Positions 8,804-18,913 of a stretch of DNA of 62,541 nt are shown in pieces. This stretch comes from Pseudobdellovibrionaceae bacterium (GTDB taxonomy: Bacteria > Bdellovibrionota_B > Oligoflexia > Oligoflexales > Bog-1112). The DNA is taken from NCBI GenBank assembly GCA_002711925.1, contig PASJ01000004.1, forward strand, positions 1-62,541, in the 5' to 3' direction. The translations under genes and the position numbers were made by a program. The stretch's first letter is position 1, and each line of letters starts with the position of its first letter. The notes beneath the pieces were generated by a model, which worked only from the letters and a program-made list of their open reading frames with translations, was not told where the DNA came from and did no database searches.

Positions 8804-9751
8804 TCACTCGTTACCAAAAAGTGAGCTGATAGAGTCGCGATCATGTACCCTTTTGATAGCTTCTGCCAAAAGGGGGGCCACACTTATTTGTACGATTTTC
8901 TCACATTCTTTAGCTTTTTCAGTTAGTTGGATGGTGTCTGTAACAAGCAAAGTTTTTAAGTTTGAGTGTTTTATTAAGTTAACAGCATCACCGCTGAGAA
9001 CAGCGTGAGAAATTGCAGCCGATACACTTTTAGCTCCATGATTTAGCAGGCAATCCGTAGCTTTTACCAAAGAACCGCCGGTATCAACAATATCATCAAC
9101 AACAAGACACTCTTTACCTAAAACATCGCCTACTATATGCATAACTCGACTGTCATTGGGTTTGTCGCGTCTTTTGTCTATTATAGCTAGACCACAACCT
9201 AAAACTTTAGCCATGGCTCTTGATCTTTCTACCCCACCAGCATCGGGAGAAATAACGATGAGATCTTTATAATTTTCACGTTTAAAGTGTTGTAGAAAAA
9301 CTTGTTTGGAAAAAAGATGATCTACAGGCTTATTGAAAAAACCCTGAATAGCCGAGTTGTGCAACTCAAGTGTTAAGAGTCGATCTATGCCAGAAGCTTC
9401 TAGGAGTTCAGCTACAAGCTTTGCTGTTATTGGAGTTCTTGGCGAGCTCTTTCGTTCCTGGCGAGCATAGCCAAAGTATGGTGCCACAAGAGTGATGTCT
9501 TTTGCTGAAGCTCGTCTACATGCATCAACAATGATCAGTGCTTCCATGACATTATGGTTTGCTGGAAATGAAGTCGATTGGATCACATAAACATCTTTAC
9601 CACGTACGTTTTGCTGGATTTCAACTCGGGTTTCACCGTCAGAAAAGCTTGTGACTAATGATTTACAAAGAGGAACCTCAAGGGAAGAGGCAATTTTTTG
9701 AGATAGTTCGCGGTTACTTGATCCACTTATCAGAAGTACTTCAGAATCCAA
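8804..9751 (-). CDS. prs: ribose-phosphate pyrophosphokinase
   Basis: The ORF-track start (9814) overlaps tRNA-Gln. TTG at 9751 gives 315 aa starting MDSEVLLISGSSNRELS. PRPP-binding loop VVDDIVDTGGSL, plus ISPDAGGVERSRA. Confidence 0.92.
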   Translation of the reverse strand: MDSEVLLISGSSNRELSQKIASSLEVPLCKSLVTSFSDGETRVEIQQNVRGKDVYVIQSTSFPANHNVMEALIIVDACRRASAKDITLVAPYFGYARQERKSSPRTPITAKLVAELLEASGIDRLLTLELHNSAIQGFFNKPVDHLFSKQVFLQHFKRENYKDLIVISPDAGGVERSRAMAKVLGCGLAIIDKRRDKPNDSRVMHIVGDVLGKECLVVDDIVDTGGSLVKATDCLLNHGAKSVSAAISHAVLSGDAVNLIKHSNLKTLLVTDTIQLTEKAKECEKIVQISVAPLLAEAIKRVHDRDSISSLFGNE

Positions 9752-9771
9752 AACGACATCCCCGCATGAAA

Positions 9772-9846
9772 TGGCTGGGGCGGCAGGATTCGAACCTGCG
9801 AATACTAGAATCAAAATCTAGGGTCTTACCACTTGACGACGCCCCA
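9772..9846 (-). tRNA. tRNA-Gln (anticodon UUG)
   Basis: Cloverleaf folded by hand. Acceptor UGGGGCG/CGCCCCA, anticodon stem CUAGA/UCUAG, loop UUUUGAU, T arm GCAGG-UUCGAAU-CCUGC, encoded CCA. It lies 20 nt upstream of prs. Confidence 0.9.
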
Positions 9847-10227
9847 ACAAAGAATATGCTTAACTCAAGATATTGAGTTATCAATGTAATGCAATGGATT
9901 AGTACGCCTCACTCTTTAAGTCAAGTCTAGAATTTTGATCACAATGAGAGTTTTTCGCTTATCATGCTAAATATATTGAATATTATAGAAAATCCAACTC
10001 TTAGTCTAGCATCTCGCTTTCCATGTTGGGCTTTTTTTTTTCACCAATAGATAGATTATTAAAAGTTATACCTTAGCTAAATTATTTTTTAGAAGGATTA
10101 AAAGCCTAGATTAAGCCTTTTTCCTAGAGACATATTGCCAAAAAAGTTATCATCAACTATCTTGATTTCGGCATTTTTAAATTTCATTTGTGCTAGGAAG
10201 CTTTGAAACTGTAAGGAAAAGAAAAAA

Positions 10228-10503
10228 ATGAACCAAAAAGCTAAAGACCCTAGAATAGAAAGTGTAGACTTTTCGGAGTTAATCCTAGGTTTTTCTTCAG
10301 CAGCACTTTATTACATGGGACACCAGACCAGCGAAGGCACCTCAGAAGATATTAACACAGCTCTCGCCCTTCAAAACATAAAAATTATTGAGATGCTCAA
10401 GCTGAAGTCAAAAGGAAATTTAACGACAAACGAGTTAATACTTATTGATAAGATTCTTTTAGATCTTAATGAAAAGTACAATGAACTTGAGAAAAAATCG
10501 TGA
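10228..10503 (+). CDS. DUF1844-family protein
   Basis: 91 aa. DFSELILGFSSAALYYMG ... LALQNIKIIEMLKLKSKGNLTTNELILIDKILLDLNEKY matches my memory of the DUF1844 pattern (hydrophobic N-motif plus TKGNL...E...L.DLR..Y). Confidence 0.65.
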   Translation: MNQKAKDPRIESVDFSELILGFSSAALYYMGHQTSEGTSEDINTALALQNIKIIEMLKLKSKGNLTTNELILIDKILLDLNEKYNELEKKS

Positions 10504-10590
10504 GTATTTTCTTTTGCTACGCTCTAATGACTTGACACCATCACAACCCTATGGCAAATGTTTAGTCCATTCACCTCTTCATTTTATTTA

Positions 10591-10675
10591 GGGGATGTGG
10601 TGAAATTGGTAGACACGCTAGATTTAGGATCTAGTGCTGCGAGGCGTGGGAGTTCAAGTCTCCCCATCCCCACCA
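10591..10675 (+). tRNA. tRNA-Leu (anticodon UAG)
   Basis: 85-nt class II tRNA. Acceptor GGGGAUG/CAUCCCC, anticodon stem CUAGA/UCUAG with loop UUUAGGA, long variable arm, T arm GGGAG-UUCAAGU-CUCCC, encoded CCA. Confidence 0.9.
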
Positions 10676-10929
10676 CCTCAGCTTTGAAAATTCATAAATA
10701 AAACTTTATTTTCTGGTTTTTTTCAGCTTTGCTGCCAACTACCCGCGAACTTGTCGAGGCTTTTTTGTTTTTAGCATAAATACATATGTAGGTGTTTCGG
10801 GGTCTGCAGCATACATGTTTAAAGTTTTTTTCGGCTGTTTTGGTTAATAATAGAGACGAGATTTTTTTCTTTTATCTTTTCCCGTTTGGGTTTTAAATTT
10901 TCTCTTTTATCAAGAGAAGGCACTAGCGT

Positions 10930-13341
10930 TTAATTTAATTCCTCATATCGATGAGGTTTTCTCTCTCTCATCATCTTATATACAAGTTCAACCAGGTTTT
11001 CAGCATTAGGTTTTGAATAGTAATCTCCATCAGAAGCATACGGGCTTCTGTGGTCTTTAGCGCTTAATGTTCTTGGCATTGAGTCAAGATAGTTATAAGC
11101 ATTTCCTTCTTCAAGAACTTTTTGCATCATATATGCACTTGCACCACCAGAGACATCTTCATCAAAAAAAACAATTGCATTTGTTTTCTGAATAGATTGA
11201 GCGATCATTTGTTTTGTATCAAAAGGTAAAAGAGTTCTAACATCGATGAGTTCAACATCAACTCCAAGATTTTCAAGGTGTTTGATAGCAGCTTCGGCTA
11301 TTCTAACGTTTGCTCCATAGGTTACAACTGTAATGTCTGAGCCTTCTTTAAGGATTTCTGGAACCCCAAGGGGAATAGAGAAACTTCCGAGGTTATTGGG
11401 GCAATCTTCTTTGACTCGGTAACCATTTAATACTTCGATAACGAGCCCTGGATCGTCCCCTCGTAATAGAGTTTGATACATACCAGCAGCCTGGGCGCAG
11501 TTGCGCGGAACACAAAGGTGAACCCCTCGAAGAGAACCAAGTAGCATTTGCATGGGGGATCCGGTGTGCCAGATTCCTTCTAAGCGGTGTCCTTTTGTTC
11601 TTATGATAACCGGGACCGTTTGCCCCCCTGCTGTTCTGTAGTGTAAGGTTGCCACATCATCTGAGAGCCCTTGTAAACAGTAAATTAAATAGTCCAAATA
11701 CTGAATGTCCACGATAGGTCTAAGTCCACGCAGTGCAGCTCCAACGCCTTGCCCTAATATTGTAGCTTCCCTTATGCCAGTGTCTGTTACTCGAAGTTCA
11801 CCGTATTTATTTTGCAAACCTTCAAACTCAAGGTTAACTCCTCCGAGTTTTCCCACATCTTCACCAATGATAAAAACTCTAGGGTCTCTGTTTAAAACGT
11901 GGTCGAAGTACCTATTTATAACAAGCCGGCCATCTATCATATCTTTTGTGTTATTAAAAGAAGGAGGAACCTCTTTTACTGCCAAAGGAGAGTTGAAACT
12001 ATTAAAAAAGTAGGAATTATATCTATTTTCATTTGTCTTTTCATAGTTTTGAATAAACTTTAAAAGTGTTCCTTTTTTTTCTGCTTTTGCCCCACCTGTT
12101 TGCCATAAGCTTTGTTTAGCAACGCTTTGGATTGTTTTTCTAAAATAAATATTTTGTTGTTCTAACTGAGAAATTTTAGATTTAAGCTTGGGAAAATCAT
12201 CTTTCATCTCATTTAAGATAGTTGTAAGTTCTAGAGATTCTTTTTTTATAGGATTTTGAAAAAGGTCCCAAGCTTTTTTTTGCTCAGACATAACAAAATT
12301 ATTTTCGTCTTCCTCGAGCTTTGTCATTTCGTTTTCTGTAGCAAATTTTTGATTAATTATCCAAGCTCTAAACATGGGTAAGCAGTCAATTGATTTTTCA
12401 TAATTAAGTCGTTCTTCAGATTTATAACGCTCGTGGCTGCCACTTGTTGAATGTCCTTGTGGTTGGGTGATGTGAGTTACGTGAATCAAACAAGGAGAAT
12501 GTTCCTTTCTTGTTTTAGATACTGCTTTTTTATAGACTGATAGAAGCTTACTGTAATTGTTTCCTTCAACTTGATACAACTCTATCCCTTTGTGTTTGTC
12601 GTCTGGGATAAATCCTTTCATGATTTCGTAAATAGATTCTTTAGTTGTTTGATAGCGAGTAGGAACAGATATCCCGTAATCATCATCCCAAATAAAAAGA
12701 GCCAAAGGAACCTGTAAGACTCCAGCTCCGTTCATTGTTTCCCAAAAGAGACCTTCACTTGTTGAAGCGTTGCCAATGGTTCCAAAAGCAACCTCTTGTC
12801 CTGAAAAAGAAAACTTTTTACTAAGTTCTTCATTTTTTAGTTCGTCTATATCCTTATAAAGTTTTGATGCATAACCTAGGCCGAGAAGTCGTGCCATTTG
12901 TCCGCCTGTTGGTGATAGGTCACTTGCTGTGTTATACTCTTGTGTCTGGTGTTTCCAGTTTCCCTCACTGTCTAGAAATCGACTCGCGTAGTGGCAGCTC
13001 ATTTGACGACCAGATGATGCTGGGTCATTTGCAATATCTGAATCTGCATATAGCTGAGAAAAAAACTGTCTAACCGTTGTTTCTTTTAAAGCAAGCATAA
13101 ATGTTTGGTCTCTGTAGTAACCTGATCTCCAATCACCTTTTGTAAAAACTCTTGCCATTGCTACTTGAGCTAACTCTTTACCATCCCCAAAAATTCCAAA
13201 CTTTGCTTTTCCGCTTAAAACCTCTTTTCTGCCTATAAGGCTCATTTGTCGGCTTTGGTAACAAACACGATAATCACTTAGAATGTCTTCTTTTGATATT
13301 TCTGTGTTGTTGTTTTTTTTGGTTTCTTGATTTTGTAACAT
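10930..13341 (-). CDS. thiamine-diphosphate-dependent 2-oxoacid dehydrogenase E1 component, fused alpha/beta subunits
   Basis: 803 aa. The N-terminal half resembles E1 alpha (GQMARLLGLGYASK, GTIGNASTSEG). The C-terminal half resembles the E1 beta/transketolase pyrimidine-binding and C-terminal domains (FIIGEDVGKLGGVNLEFEGL, ITVVTYGANV). No E2/E3 gene is adjacent. Confidence 0.8.
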   Translation of the reverse strand: MLQNQETKKNNNTEISKEDILSDYRVCYQSRQMSLIGRKEVLSGKAKFGIFGDGKELAQVAMARVFTKGDWRSGYYRDQTFMLALKETTVRQFFSQLYADSDIANDPASSGRQMSCHYASRFLDSEGNWKHQTQEYNTASDLSPTGGQMARLLGLGYASKLYKDIDELKNEELSKKFSFSGQEVAFGTIGNASTSEGLFWETMNGAGVLQVPLALFIWDDDYGISVPTRYQTTKESIYEIMKGFIPDDKHKGIELYQVEGNNYSKLLSVYKKAVSKTRKEHSPCLIHVTHITQPQGHSTSGSHERYKSEERLNYEKSIDCLPMFRAWIINQKFATENEMTKLEEDENNFVMSEQKKAWDLFQNPIKKESLELTTILNEMKDDFPKLKSKISQLEQQNIYFRKTIQSVAKQSLWQTGGAKAEKKGTLLKFIQNYEKTNENRYNSYFFNSFNSPLAVKEVPPSFNNTKDMIDGRLVINRYFDHVLNRDPRVFIIGEDVGKLGGVNLEFEGLQNKYGELRVTDTGIREATILGQGVGAALRGLRPIVDIQYLDYLIYCLQGLSDDVATLHYRTAGGQTVPVIIRTKGHRLEGIWHTGSPMQMLLGSLRGVHLCVPRNCAQAAGMYQTLLRGDDPGLVIEVLNGYRVKEDCPNNLGSFSIPLGVPEILKEGSDITVVTYGANVRIAEAAIKHLENLGVDVELIDVRTLLPFDTKQMIAQSIQKTNAIVFFDEDVSGGASAYMMQKVLEEGNAYNYLDSMPRTLSAKDHRSPYASDGDYYSKPNAENLVELVYKMMRERKPHRYEELN

Positions 13342-13407
13342 TGAGTTTCCTTAAATGACTCTATTTGAAGAAATTTCAAGTTGAAAAATACTTTTTCAAT
13401 CTGGATG

Positions 13408-15873
13408 TTAACTTTCAAAGAAAATAACAGTTGTACCGTCTCCACCGTTTTCCTTTTCTGCAGGATGAAAACGTACATCATAGGGACAGTTTTTTAATAA
13501 AGATGTTCGTATGGCATCTTTTAAGGCGCCTGTTCCATGTCCGTGAATTACAAAAAGAACTCGTCTACCTGAAAGGATCATATTATCCATTGTTTTCCAA
13601 ATTTCACTTAAAGCTTCATCTATAAGTTTTCCCCTGACATCGATAGAATTCGATGGGGTTTGAAAAATAGCTTGAGCTAGGATGTTGGTTTGATTTTTTT
13701 CTTTTGTCAAGTTTTTGCTTTTTTTTATCAACTGTTTTTCTGGTTTGTTTGAGTATTTTTCTAGGATTCTCAACTTATCTATAGAAACAGCTAGATGAAA
13801 TGATCCAGCTTTAACAAAAACTTTTTTTACATCGACTTTAATCTCGCTAACAACAGCGCTTTTGCCGATGTCGGTAAGATAGACTTTATCTCCTTTTTTG
13901 AGGTTTTCTATGGAAGTTTCTTTACCAGGTTTGGTTGTTTCTTGGTGATGCTTTTTTGAAATTTTATCTAGATACTCTTGAGCAGCTTTAATAGATCGTT
14001 TAGATTTTTCTTTGAGGTCGTCGGGTTTGAATTGCTGTATCTTACTTACGTCTTTTTTAAATTTTTTTATTTCTTTAAAAGACGCCTCTATTTCTATGAC
14101 TAAGTTTTGAATTTTCTCTTCATACATTTTAACTATTTTTTTGACCGATCGGTCTTTGTATGACTTGAGTTTTTTTGTTTCTTCTTTTAGCTCTTCTTCT
14201 GCAATCTTGTTTTTCTTTATTATGCGAGAAAGGTTAGTTTTTTCTTTTACTAATAAAGACTTTTCATTATTTAGATCTTTTATTGCTTTTTCAATAGATG
14301 CATTTGCAAATCCTTTGATGTTTTGAGCTCTTTCTATAATTTTACGTGGGAATCCAAGTTCTTGGGCAACTTCCAGACCAAAACTTTGGCCTGGTGAGTC
14401 AAGTAATAACTTATAGGTTGAAGACGATTGATTTAAGTCATACTCCATAGATCCGTTGCGAAAGTTCTTTTGAGTTAAGGCTAAAAGTTTTAGGTTGTCA
14501 AAGTGAGTTGTTACAATAAAAGTGACCTGGTTTTGATTAAGATGTTCTAGTGTAGCCTGTGCTATAGCTGATCCTGCGTGTGGTTCTGTTCCTGAGGCTA
14601 TCTCATCAAGTAAAACAAGGTCTCCTTTTTTTGCTTTTTCTACGATTGGTTTGAGTTCTTTGATATGACCAGAAAAACTTGATAGGTTAGCGCTCAGACT
14701 CTGCGCATCTCCAAGCTCTGCGTATATATTATTAAAAACATAAGTGGAAGACTCTTTGGAACAAGGTGGTAGAAGTCCGCTTTTTATCATCAGTTGCAAA
14801 ATACCAATTGTTTTTAGAACAACAGTTTTCCCACCCGCATTGGGTCCAGAAATTACTAAAGCATTTTGTCCTTTATCTAATTTGATATCATTTGCGACCG
14901 AGGAATTGTTGTCACTTAAACATAGGAGGGGATGATGAACGGATAATAAGTTTATTTTGGGTTCGTCTTCTAGTTGAACCTTTTGACCTTTTATTTTGTC
15001 TGCTAATATTGCCTGGGCTGTATGAAAATCAAGTTTTATAAGTTCGTGATAGTTTCTTACAAGGTGCTCTTTTTCTTCAAAGATTTTTGTACTTAGGCTT
15101 CTTAAAATAAGAAGAATTTCAACTTTTTCTAATGCATCAATTTCTTCAAGTTCCTCGTTTAAGCTACGAATTTCTTCGGGCTCAATAAAGAGTGTTTGAT
15201 CACTTGCGGACGTGTCTATAATGTGACCATTTATACGGCCTCTACCATCAAGTTTTATTGGTACAACATATCTATTAAGTCTAATTGTATAAAAATCATC
15301 TTGAAGATACTGAAGATAGGTTTTATTACCTTGAATCAAAGCTTTCATGGTTGATTCAATTTTTCTTGATAATAATTTCTTTTTTTGTCTGATTTTAAGA
15401 AGCTCTTGGCTTGCGTTATCTTTAACTTTTCCTTCATCTGTTAAACTTCGAGATAAACTATTATATAGATCCTTTAAAATAACAATTTTTGAAGAAATAA
15501 CCTTATAACTTAAACATGTCTCTTGCCAGTTAAAAAGAAATTCTTTGACTCTTTGAGTGCTTTCAAGTTGGGAGGACACAAGTTTGAAATCATCAGGTTC
15601 AAGTACTTTTCCCAACGAACAAGCTTTAAAAATATGATCTAAAGATTCAAGGTAGCCGATTTGCGGATGCTGCTCTAGTTTGGCTAAAGCTACCATGGGT
15701 TTAATCCAGTTCCAGTGGGCAAGAATTTCATCTTTTGTCAATTTGAAGCTAAGATTCAAAGACATTTTTCGAGCTTCATCTGTTTGGCAGAAAGACGCTA
15801 AAAACTCTAAAAGACTGGGCCAATCGAGTTTTGAAAAAATAGTATTTTGTTTATATATATTCATAGAGGACAC
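13408..15873 (-). CDS. mutS2: endonuclease MutS2
   Basis: 821 aa. MutS ATPase domain (GPNAGGKTVVLKT, LVLLDEIASGTEP), a Lys-rich coiled coil, and a C-terminal Smr domain (IDVRGKLIDEAL...FVIHGHGTGALK). Confidence 0.92.
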   Translation of the reverse strand: MSSMNIYKQNTIFSKLDWPSLLEFLASFCQTDEARKMSLNLSFKLTKDEILAHWNWIKPMVALAKLEQHPQIGYLESLDHIFKACSLGKVLEPDDFKLVSSQLESTQRVKEFLFNWQETCLSYKVISSKIVILKDLYNSLSRSLTDEGKVKDNASQELLKIRQKKKLLSRKIESTMKALIQGNKTYLQYLQDDFYTIRLNRYVVPIKLDGRGRINGHIIDTSASDQTLFIEPEEIRSLNEELEEIDALEKVEILLILRSLSTKIFEEKEHLVRNYHELIKLDFHTAQAILADKIKGQKVQLEDEPKINLLSVHHPLLCLSDNNSSVANDIKLDKGQNALVISGPNAGGKTVVLKTIGILQLMIKSGLLPPCSKESSTYVFNNIYAELGDAQSLSANLSSFSGHIKELKPIVEKAKKGDLVLLDEIASGTEPHAGSAIAQATLEHLNQNQVTFIVTTHFDNLKLLALTQKNFRNGSMEYDLNQSSSTYKLLLDSPGQSFGLEVAQELGFPRKIIERAQNIKGFANASIEKAIKDLNNEKSLLVKEKTNLSRIIKKNKIAEEELKEETKKLKSYKDRSVKKIVKMYEEKIQNLVIEIEASFKEIKKFKKDVSKIQQFKPDDLKEKSKRSIKAAQEYLDKISKKHHQETTKPGKETSIENLKKGDKVYLTDIGKSAVVSEIKVDVKKVFVKAGSFHLAVSIDKLRILEKYSNKPEKQLIKKSKNLTKEKNQTNILAQAIFQTPSNSIDVRGKLIDEALSEIWKTMDNMILSGRRVLFVIHGHGTGALKDAIRTSLLKNCPYDVRFHPAEKENGGDGTTVIFFES

Positions 15874-15948
15874 TTAAACTAGATTCGTTGCTTTTGAATT
15901 CAAATTATTATATTATCGATATAAATGCAATAAGGCGGTAACCTGAAT

Positions 15949-16776
15949 ATGTTATATCCTAAGTTTCTCATGCTGTCATCGGCAATTTCTTTTGTTGTTT
16001 TATCCTTTGGTTTGATTGTTGGAAGTTTTCTTAATGTTTGTATCTTTCGTCTACCAAGAAAAGTTTTTTGGAAAGGTCATCGATCTCAGTGTTTTTCTTG
16101 TAAGTCAAAGATTCCTTTTTGGCTCAATATACCTGTATTTAGCTACTGTTGTATTTTAGGGCGAGCAAGGTGTTGTAATAAGAAAATACCGGTAAGATAT
16201 CCACTTGTGGAGGCTCTAACAGCTTGTTTATTTTTACTAATTTATTGGCGTCACCCTTTTGTGGGCTGGGATATAAGACACCTTGAGTTTTATTATTTTG
16301 ATTGCTTGAGATTCAGTCATATAGCAATCTTTTCTTCACTTTTGCTTATTTGTTCATTTATTGATTTTGAGTTTATGATTATACCTGATGAAATTAGCTT
16401 GGGTATGGTTGGCTTTGCTCCTTTGGTCTGTTTACTTCACCCTGAATTAAGCTGGACAAGCTCATTATACGGAGTTTTTTTGGGAGCAGGAATTATTTAT
16501 GCAATTGCGTGGTTATATTTTATCTTTCGTTCTAGGGAAGGAATTGGTATGGGAGATGCAAAATTACTTGCTGCCATAGGTGGTTGGTGCGGGTATCAGG
16601 CAGTTCTTCCTAGTCTCTTCTATGGTTCTGTCATTGGTAGTTTGTCAAGTTTATGCTATTTAATCATTTCAAGACAATTTTCGTTTAAAGCAGAGATCCC
16701 TTTTGGGCCATTTCTTGCAGCTGGTGCTTTATTTCATCTTTTGTCTCCAGTACATTTTATTAGTTTGTTTTTATAG
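15949..16776 (+). CDS. pilD: prepilin peptidase (A24 family, type IV)
   Basis: 275 aa polytopic membrane protein. N-terminal Cys cluster (CFSCKS...CCILGRARCC) and the catalytic GMGDAKLLAAIGGWCG motif. Confidence 0.88.
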   Translation: MLYPKFLMLSSAISFVVLSFGLIVGSFLNVCIFRLPRKVFWKGHRSQCFSCKSKIPFWLNIPVFSYCCILGRARCCNKKIPVRYPLVEALTACLFLLIYWRHPFVGWDIRHLEFYYFDCLRFSHIAIFSSLLLICSFIDFEFMIIPDEISLGMVGFAPLVCLLHPELSWTSSLYGVFLGAGIIYAIAWLYFIFRSREGIGMGDAKLLAAIGGWCGYQAVLPSLFYGSVIGSLSSLCYLIISRQFSFKAEIPFGPFLAAGALFHLLSPVHFISLFL

Positions 16777-16888
16777 CATAGACAGTTTAGGTATAAACAA
16801 TTGGTCCGAAATGGGTACTAGATATATAGGTAAAAAAATCAATTTGAATCTTTGTGGAAAGGTTTAACTTGATGAAAGGGTATTTACA

Positions 16889-17380
16889 GTGACTATTAAA
16901 AAAAAACCACAAGAGTCTCAAGTAGAAATGACTGAGATGGTTCAGCCTCAGCATACCAATGCACTGGGCTCTGTTTTTGGTGGTGTTGTTTTGTCTTGGG
17001 TGGATACAGCTGCTGCAATCTGTGCCCAAAAGCACAGCGAAAAAAAAGTTGTGACAGCGTCTTTTGATGCAATGCAATTTTTAGCCCCTATACCTCTAGG
17101 GTGGATTGTTAATATAAAAGCTTCTGTGAATTTTGTTGCAAGATCTAGTTGTGAAGTTGGAGTCCGTATTACAGCAGAAAACCCTTTAACCGGTGAGTTT
17201 CATCATACAGCAAGTGCTTATGTGACAATGGTCGCACTGGATAGCCATGGTAAATCAATTGCTATGCCAAAGGTTGAACCAGAAACTGAAGAAGAAAAAA
17301 TACGCTTTGAAAATGCTCAAGAAAGACGAAAAGCACGTTTAGACTTGAAAGAAAAGTTTCTCTCTAAAAAGAAAAGCTAA
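16889..17380 (+). CDS. acyl-CoA thioesterase (hotdog fold, YciA-like)
   Basis: 163 aa, GTG start. HTNALGSVFGGVVLSWVDTAAAICAQKH is the typical hotdog thioesterase core. Confidence 0.8.
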   Translation: MTIKKKPQESQVEMTEMVQPQHTNALGSVFGGVVLSWVDTAAAICAQKHSEKKVVTASFDAMQFLAPIPLGWIVNIKASVNFVARSSCEVGVRITAENPLTGEFHHTASAYVTMVALDSHGKSIAMPKVEPETEEEKIRFENAQERRKARLDLKEKFLSKKKS

Positions 17381-17386
17381 GTTTGT

Positions 17387-18661
17387 TCAAAACCTCCAAT
17401 AAATACCAAAAACATAAGGCTGAATATGGACAAGAAGCCTAAAGTTATCGTTTAAAGCATAAAGAAAACCAAAGTCTACTCCAACCTCACTTTGTTGTGT
17501 AATGATATTTAAAAAGTCAGGATCATAAATAATTTCTCCCAAAATTTTAAAATCTCGAGACAGGTCAAGATCACTACCTATGTAGAGTCGGCCTGAAGGT
17601 CTATTTAGCCAACCTTTTTTATACGTTATATGGTTATATTGCAAGATTCCACCCAGGTGGTAACCAAAACGGCCTCCTCGATCAAGGATGTAAGATTCTG
17701 TTCTAACAAAGTATAACTCAGTTTTCCATCCTGTTTGTGACTCATACCGGTCTCTTTCTCTCACTGTCAGCAGCTGATCGCTAAAGTCTTCATCTTCACT
17801 ATTTAAAGATCTCCAAACTCTAAGGTCTTCTTCTCTGTTAAGTTCTTCGGTTTTTTCTTGTCTATCAGAATAGTTATCATTATCATTTATAGGTGTATAA
17901 GTTACTCTTTCACGTATTTTTGTAACAGCATTTTCACTAAAAGCATTGAATCGAAACCCAACAGTGTAAAGAATTTCTTTTTTACTAACTTTCTTTTTAT
18001 AAAAATTATATTTATATTCAAAATTCGGATTTAGTTCACCACTTGAGTTGAATATACCGGCAAAACTAAGAAGATTCGAGGATATTAATGTTCTATCTGT
18101 TAATCCATAAGCTAGAGATAAACCACTTAAGTATATACTACCCTTACGAAATGTGTATGCCGTTGGGTCAAAAAATATGTCAATCACCGGCTCTATTGCA
18201 TGAGAGTAAGCTGAACGTAGCTTTTCTCTTTGTGGATTAATGACTGGTCTAAAGACTCTTTGTTGCTTAGAAAACTCGGTAAAATTGTCTAAATACGGTA
18301 ATTTTTTTTCGAAACTTGAAATTTTATCTTTGTAAATTTCAATTTCACCTATATCTGTTTTCACTTTAAATATATTAGGTGTTTCTTTTAGGATTGTACC
18401 AATAATTTGTGATCCATCGATTAATTTTATATATATTTTTATGTCCACAAGGTCACTTTTTTTGATATCAATAACTCCAAAAGATGTTTCTACCGTTATG
18501 GTTGACTCTGTTTCACTTAATGTTTTTCCAATTATTTTTGTTCCACTCTTTAGATGCCATTCTTTTTGTTCCTTTCCATTTTTCCCAAATAAAATGCAGG
18601 GCATTATTGAAATAAAAAAAATAAAAAAAAGACAATTGTTTTTCATAATCAGTCCATTCAT
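17387..18661 (-). CDS. hypothetical outer-membrane beta-barrel-type protein
   Basis: 424 aa. Signal peptide (MKNNCLFFIFFISIMPCILFG), alternating-hydrophobic C-terminal half, terminal ...GIYWRF (aromatic C-terminus typical of OMPs). The start may be the ATG at codon 6. Confidence 0.55.
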   Translation of the reverse strand: MNGLIMKNNCLFFIFFISIMPCILFGKNGKEQKEWHLKSGTKIIGKTLSETESTITVETSFGVIDIKKSDLVDIKIYIKLIDGSQIIGTILKETPNIFKVKTDIGEIEIYKDKISSFEKKLPYLDNFTEFSKQQRVFRPVINPQREKLRSAYSHAIEPVIDIFFDPTAYTFRKGSIYLSGLSLAYGLTDRTLISSNLLSFAGIFNSSGELNPNFEYKYNFYKKKVSKKEILYTVGFRFNAFSENAVTKIRERVTYTPINDNDNYSDRQEKTEELNREEDLRVWRSLNSEDEDFSDQLLTVRERDRYESQTGWKTELYFVRTESYILDRGGRFGYHLGGILQYNHITYKKGWLNRPSGRLYIGSDLDLSRDFKILGEIIYDPDFLNIITQQSEVGVDFGFLYALNDNFRLLVHIQPYVFGIYWRF

Positions 18662-18913
18662 TGTTTGAAAGTTAAAATCAATTTATCATATTTTTTTGGG
18701 GGGATCAAAAAAGAGGTTGTTTTTTTTATTTTTTTGAATTTTTAGGTATAAATTACATAGTCCTTCTAGTTTATCACTTGGTTGATTTTTTTTTTAGTGG
18801 AAGTGATTTTTGTTGGTGAAATATAATTATCACAATTTAAGTTTTTGTTTTTTTTTCCGATTTCAATGTTGCTTTACTATCAAATGTAACTGTTTGGAAT
18901 TTAGGGTGACATT

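Noticed and set aside
9752-9876. The prs N-terminal extension to 9814 and the plus-strand ORF 9658..9876.
   Set aside because: Both overlap a well-folding tRNA-Gln (9772..9846). TTG 9751 gives a 315-aa Prs of canonical length.
9861-9880. An 8-bp perfect palindrome TAACTCAA-gata-TTGAGTTA just upstream of tRNA-Gln.
   Set aside because: It is short and AT-rich with no adjacent T-tract. It could be a processing or operator hairpin, but there is no way to support that from sequence alone.
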